A stretch of 10,403 nt of DNA from contig JADGIF010000346.1 of NCBI GenBank assembly GCA_018985225.1, forward strand, positions 1-10,403, written 5' to 3'. Position numbers and translations under genes: made by a program. The notes below the pieces were generated by a model that was given only the letters and a program-made list of their open reading frames with translations, did not search any database and was not told the DNA's origin. This DNA comes from Amoeboradix gromovi X-113. Its lineage: Eukaryota > Fungi > Sanchytriomycota. This document shows positions 8,051 to 10,403 of this stretch, piece after piece (position 1 is the first letter of the stretch; each line of letters opens with the position of its first letter).

Positions 8051-8587
8051 TTATTTATTTTTCTCTTCTGCGCTATTATCCTGCCTCACTGGTGACACGT
8101 ACCACTGAAGTATTGCAGATTCTAATTTTTGCAAATATGATTCGCTGTGTGAGCTCTCTGAATATTTCTGAGTGGTGTCTATGGTGTTCCAACCATGGTT
8201 TTCAATAATTGGTTCTACACTTATGCTTCTTTTTATGGGCTGCATTTTAACTGGACTACTTAGCTGCGGAGCACTAGGTGGGTCTGGGTATATTACAGTG
8301 CCAAGACTAGCCTCTAGGTGAATATTTTGAGGTTGTTTGGGTATCAGTATGTATTTGCGAGTGTATAAATGTCTATCTGAGCTTAACTTATTAATTTTTT
8401 TGAGATTCGGGACAGTGACATGATAGAATAGCGCTATTCCCTGTAAGCTATCTGTCTTACATAAAAAATGGACGAAATATTTGTTTGTTATATCTGGTTT
8501 TAAATAGTCAACCTCTGGTAAGGTGTCGTCTGTTAATGGATGTGTTGAATCAGATATGTCTATTGAGGATTTCTGTGAAAATTGCAT
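8051..8587 (-). CDS. LysM-domain protein (LysMD-like, no signal peptide seen)
   Basis: HFLCKTDSLQGIALFYHVTVPNLKKINKL...YILIP is a single LysM motif. Confidence 0.88.
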   Translation of the reverse strand: MQFSQKSSIDISDSTHPLTDDTLPEVDYLKPDITNKYFVHFLCKTDSLQGIALFYHVTVPNLKKINKLSSDRHLYTRKYILIPKQPQNIHLEASLGTVIYPDPPSAPQLSSPVKMQPIKRSISVEPIIENHGWNTIDTTQKYSESSHSESYLQKLESAILQWYVSPVRQDNSAEEKNK

Positions 8588-8650
8588 TCAGACAAATTGT
8601 TTGACGCGAAATTGAATACAAAAAAATTACCCCCAGATTTCATAAATCTA

Positions 8651-8777
8651 TAGCGCTCCTCGTTAAAAGTCCTGATTTCCGAGAAAATCGAGAATTTCCA
8701 CAGAGAAACTAATGCTAGATCTCCGTTACAGTGGTTGCTCACGCTCTCACCACCTTGAGGCGGGATTGAACAAGGAT
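8651..8777 (-). ncRNA. Putative Fanzor omegaRNA scaffold, copy C (best-folding copy by eye)
   Basis: About 90% identical to copy A. Minus-strand stems: UUGUUCA/UGAGCAA, CCGCC/GGUGG, CGGAGA..CUA/UAG..UCUCUG and GAUUUU/GAAAUC. Confidence 0.7.
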
Positions 8778-8945
8778 ACGGGACACACACTACAATAATC
8801 AGATAGAATTCAAATTTCCAAATTTTAATTTTTTGGGTTTTCTAAATCAGAATTCTGTAGAGAGTTCAAAAATGATAGTCACTAAGCTGTAGCATCAATA
8901 TTCACAGAGATATAGCGAGGTAAAGTTTTTTAACGGAATACGCTA
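8651..8945 (-). mobile_element. Non-autonomous MITE-like 'ghost' element (copy C): left end plus omegaRNA right end, nuclease gene deleted
   Basis: Imperfect TIR: TAGCG-ctcct-CGTTAAAA (8651-8668) versus the reverse complement of 8928-8945, TAGCG-tattc-CGTTAAAA. TA occurs at both extremities. Internal parts match the other family fragments in the window. Confidence 0.72.
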
Positions 8946-9014
8946 CAATAACTAGATAAAATTTCATTGTACATACTGATTTGTCTAAATATCAATAATT
9001 TTAAATTAAACATA

Positions 9015-9046
9015 TGGGACACCCAATGTGATTTCTAGGCTAACTC
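9015..9046 (+). repeat. Dispersed repeat fragment, inverted homolog of 63-94
   Basis: TGGGACACCCAATGTGATTTCTAGGCTAACTC versus the reverse complement of 63-94, TGGGACACCAAATATAAAAACTAGACTAACTC: 25/32 ungapped. Confidence 0.55.
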
Positions 9047-9272
9047 TGAAAAATTAATTTTGAGAAAAATCCATTTCAAGTTGAAAATGTCTTTTCGAAT
9101 GTGAAAATTAGACCAAGTCAATTGACCAATAAAATTCGTTTATTCTACAATTTCTTTTATTATTTCTAGACTAGTATTTATCGTATTACATATTGGATAG
9201 CAGATCAACTTTAAAGGTTGCCCAAGTGAGGATTTAAAAAGTAATGTAAATTCTTAATTATAATAAAGTTAT

Positions 9273-10376
9273 TTATTCCGATCTCATTGATAGTTGATCT
9301 AAAGCAGCATCATAGCTTACATGGGAATCATAAACAACAACCAGTTCATCATCGCTGTAATTCCATTCTCTTAAGCGTTTAACCCAACTTCTATCCTCTT
9401 CAAGTCCAGGAATATGCCCAGAATTTATCCAAATATACTTGGCTAGCAGTCCTTTTGATTTAATCATCTCAACAGTTTTCTTCAGATATGCAAATGGATT
9501 GTTCGAAACATCAAGTTTGGATACTTTAGTTGCCAAATCCAACAGCGTATCAAATTCTTTGTCCTCTTTGATTTGTATATTATTGCTACTTAAATTTAGA
9601 ATCTCCAACCCAGCTAAATTGGCTAAATAACACAAGTCCTCTTTGACGAGTCCACAACCTGACAAATTCAAGTAAGCAATACTTTTCATGTTCAATTCAT
9701 GAGTGATCCAGTATCCTAGATTATCAATTGGTAATTCGTACATTTTGCCATTGCCTTTCTTTATAGATTTGCATTTGTGGTCTAAAAAGATACATTTTTG
9801 AATCAAATCCACATAAATTGTCTGCTTAAACAGCCTATCATAAAGACTACGGGCGATTATACGATGCTTTTTAGGGATGTCATAGATGAACTGTTCAAAT
9901 CCCAATTCCAACAAATAATCAGCAGAAACACCATCCAAATATTCTTTAAGATGTGAGTATTCTTTCAAATCCATTAATTCAACATAGGCATCTTCAAAAG
10001 ACTCGTAGTAATGATATTTGCCGAAAATTTGTCTTCCTTTGTCATCATACAAAGCATTCAGTACTGATTTGACAATTGACTTTTCAACGGAAGCAAACTG
10101 AGATCCAAATTCAATCCAAAAGGACTCAAACTGGCTACAAAAATTAATTTTCTGAGAAGTCTTCAGAGGTTGCATAATAGTTGCCACCTTAAGGGCTAAC
10201 TGTTCAAAGTCTGAATCTTTCATTTTTGCTTTTTTAGACTCTACTTTTATCTCTTTAGAGTATTTCTCACATTTAGATGTAGAAAAAATCTCAACATACC
10301 GTGACATGCTCCTAGACAATTTGTATCGAAATTTCAAAAATAAATATTCTGTACAGCTATTCTCTTGCTCTTTCAT
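9273..10376 (-). CDS. Leucine-rich-repeat protein with an uncharacterised N-terminal region
   Basis: 367-aa ORF with three LxxLxLSxN/C-type repeats: IAYLNLSGCGL, LEILNLSSNNI and VSKLDVSNNPF. The start codon is uncertain. Confidence 0.7.
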   Translation of the reverse strand: MKEQENSCTEYLFLKFRYKLSRSMSRYVEIFSTSKCEKYSKEIKVESKKAKMKDSDFEQLALKVATIMQPLKTSQKINFCSQFESFWIEFGSQFASVEKSIVKSVLNALYDDKGRQIFGKYHYYESFEDAYVELMDLKEYSHLKEYLDGVSADYLLELGFEQFIYDIPKKHRIIARSLYDRLFKQTIYVDLIQKCIFLDHKCKSIKKGNGKMYELPIDNLGYWITHELNMKSIAYLNLSGCGLVKEDLCYLANLAGLEILNLSSNNIQIKEDKEFDTLLDLATKVSKLDVSNNPFAYLKKTVEMIKSKGLLAKYIWINSGHIPGLEEDRSWVKRLREWNYSDDELVVVYDSHVSYDAALDQLSMRSE

Positions 10377-10403
10377 CTAGCCTTTATTTTAGAATTGCAG
10401 GAT

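Noticed and set aside
8560-8790. 76-aa ORF similar to the tail of ORF 276-518 (SIPPQG.ESVS.HCNG)
   Set aside because: The similarity comes from the shared nucleotide repeat. It starts at GTG, and a 4-nt indel relative to copy A changes the frame.
9439-9630. 63-aa plus-strand ORF
   Set aside because: Antisense shadow of the LRR gene.

Overview
AT-rich, gene-dense, apparently intronless eukaryotic DNA using the standard code. The gene set suggests an early-diverging fungus with a compact genome (inference). There are seven host genes: RPS20, an ankyrin-repeat Cdc25-type RasGEF, a GT14 glycosyltransferase, an Opi1-like protein, a CAAX-ended UBL3/MUB protein, a LysM protein and an LRR protein. 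The main signal is intergenic: four of the intergenic gaps hold pieces of one dispersed transposon family carrying a TnpB/Fanzor (OMEGA) nuclease. Zinc-finger/RuvC-III pseudogene fragments lie at 395-705 and 5373-5495. Three copies of a ~130-bp structured right-end segment, a candidate omegaRNA scaffold, lie at 264, 5234 and 8651; all end at the same boundary and each is followed by a different flank (candidate guide). A ~295-bp non-autonomous copy with imperfect TIRs and terminal TA lies at 8651-8945, and degenerate left-end remnants lie at 95-263, ~748-835 and ~7385-7620. No intact Fanzor or transposase gene is in the window. All alignments and folds were done by eye.
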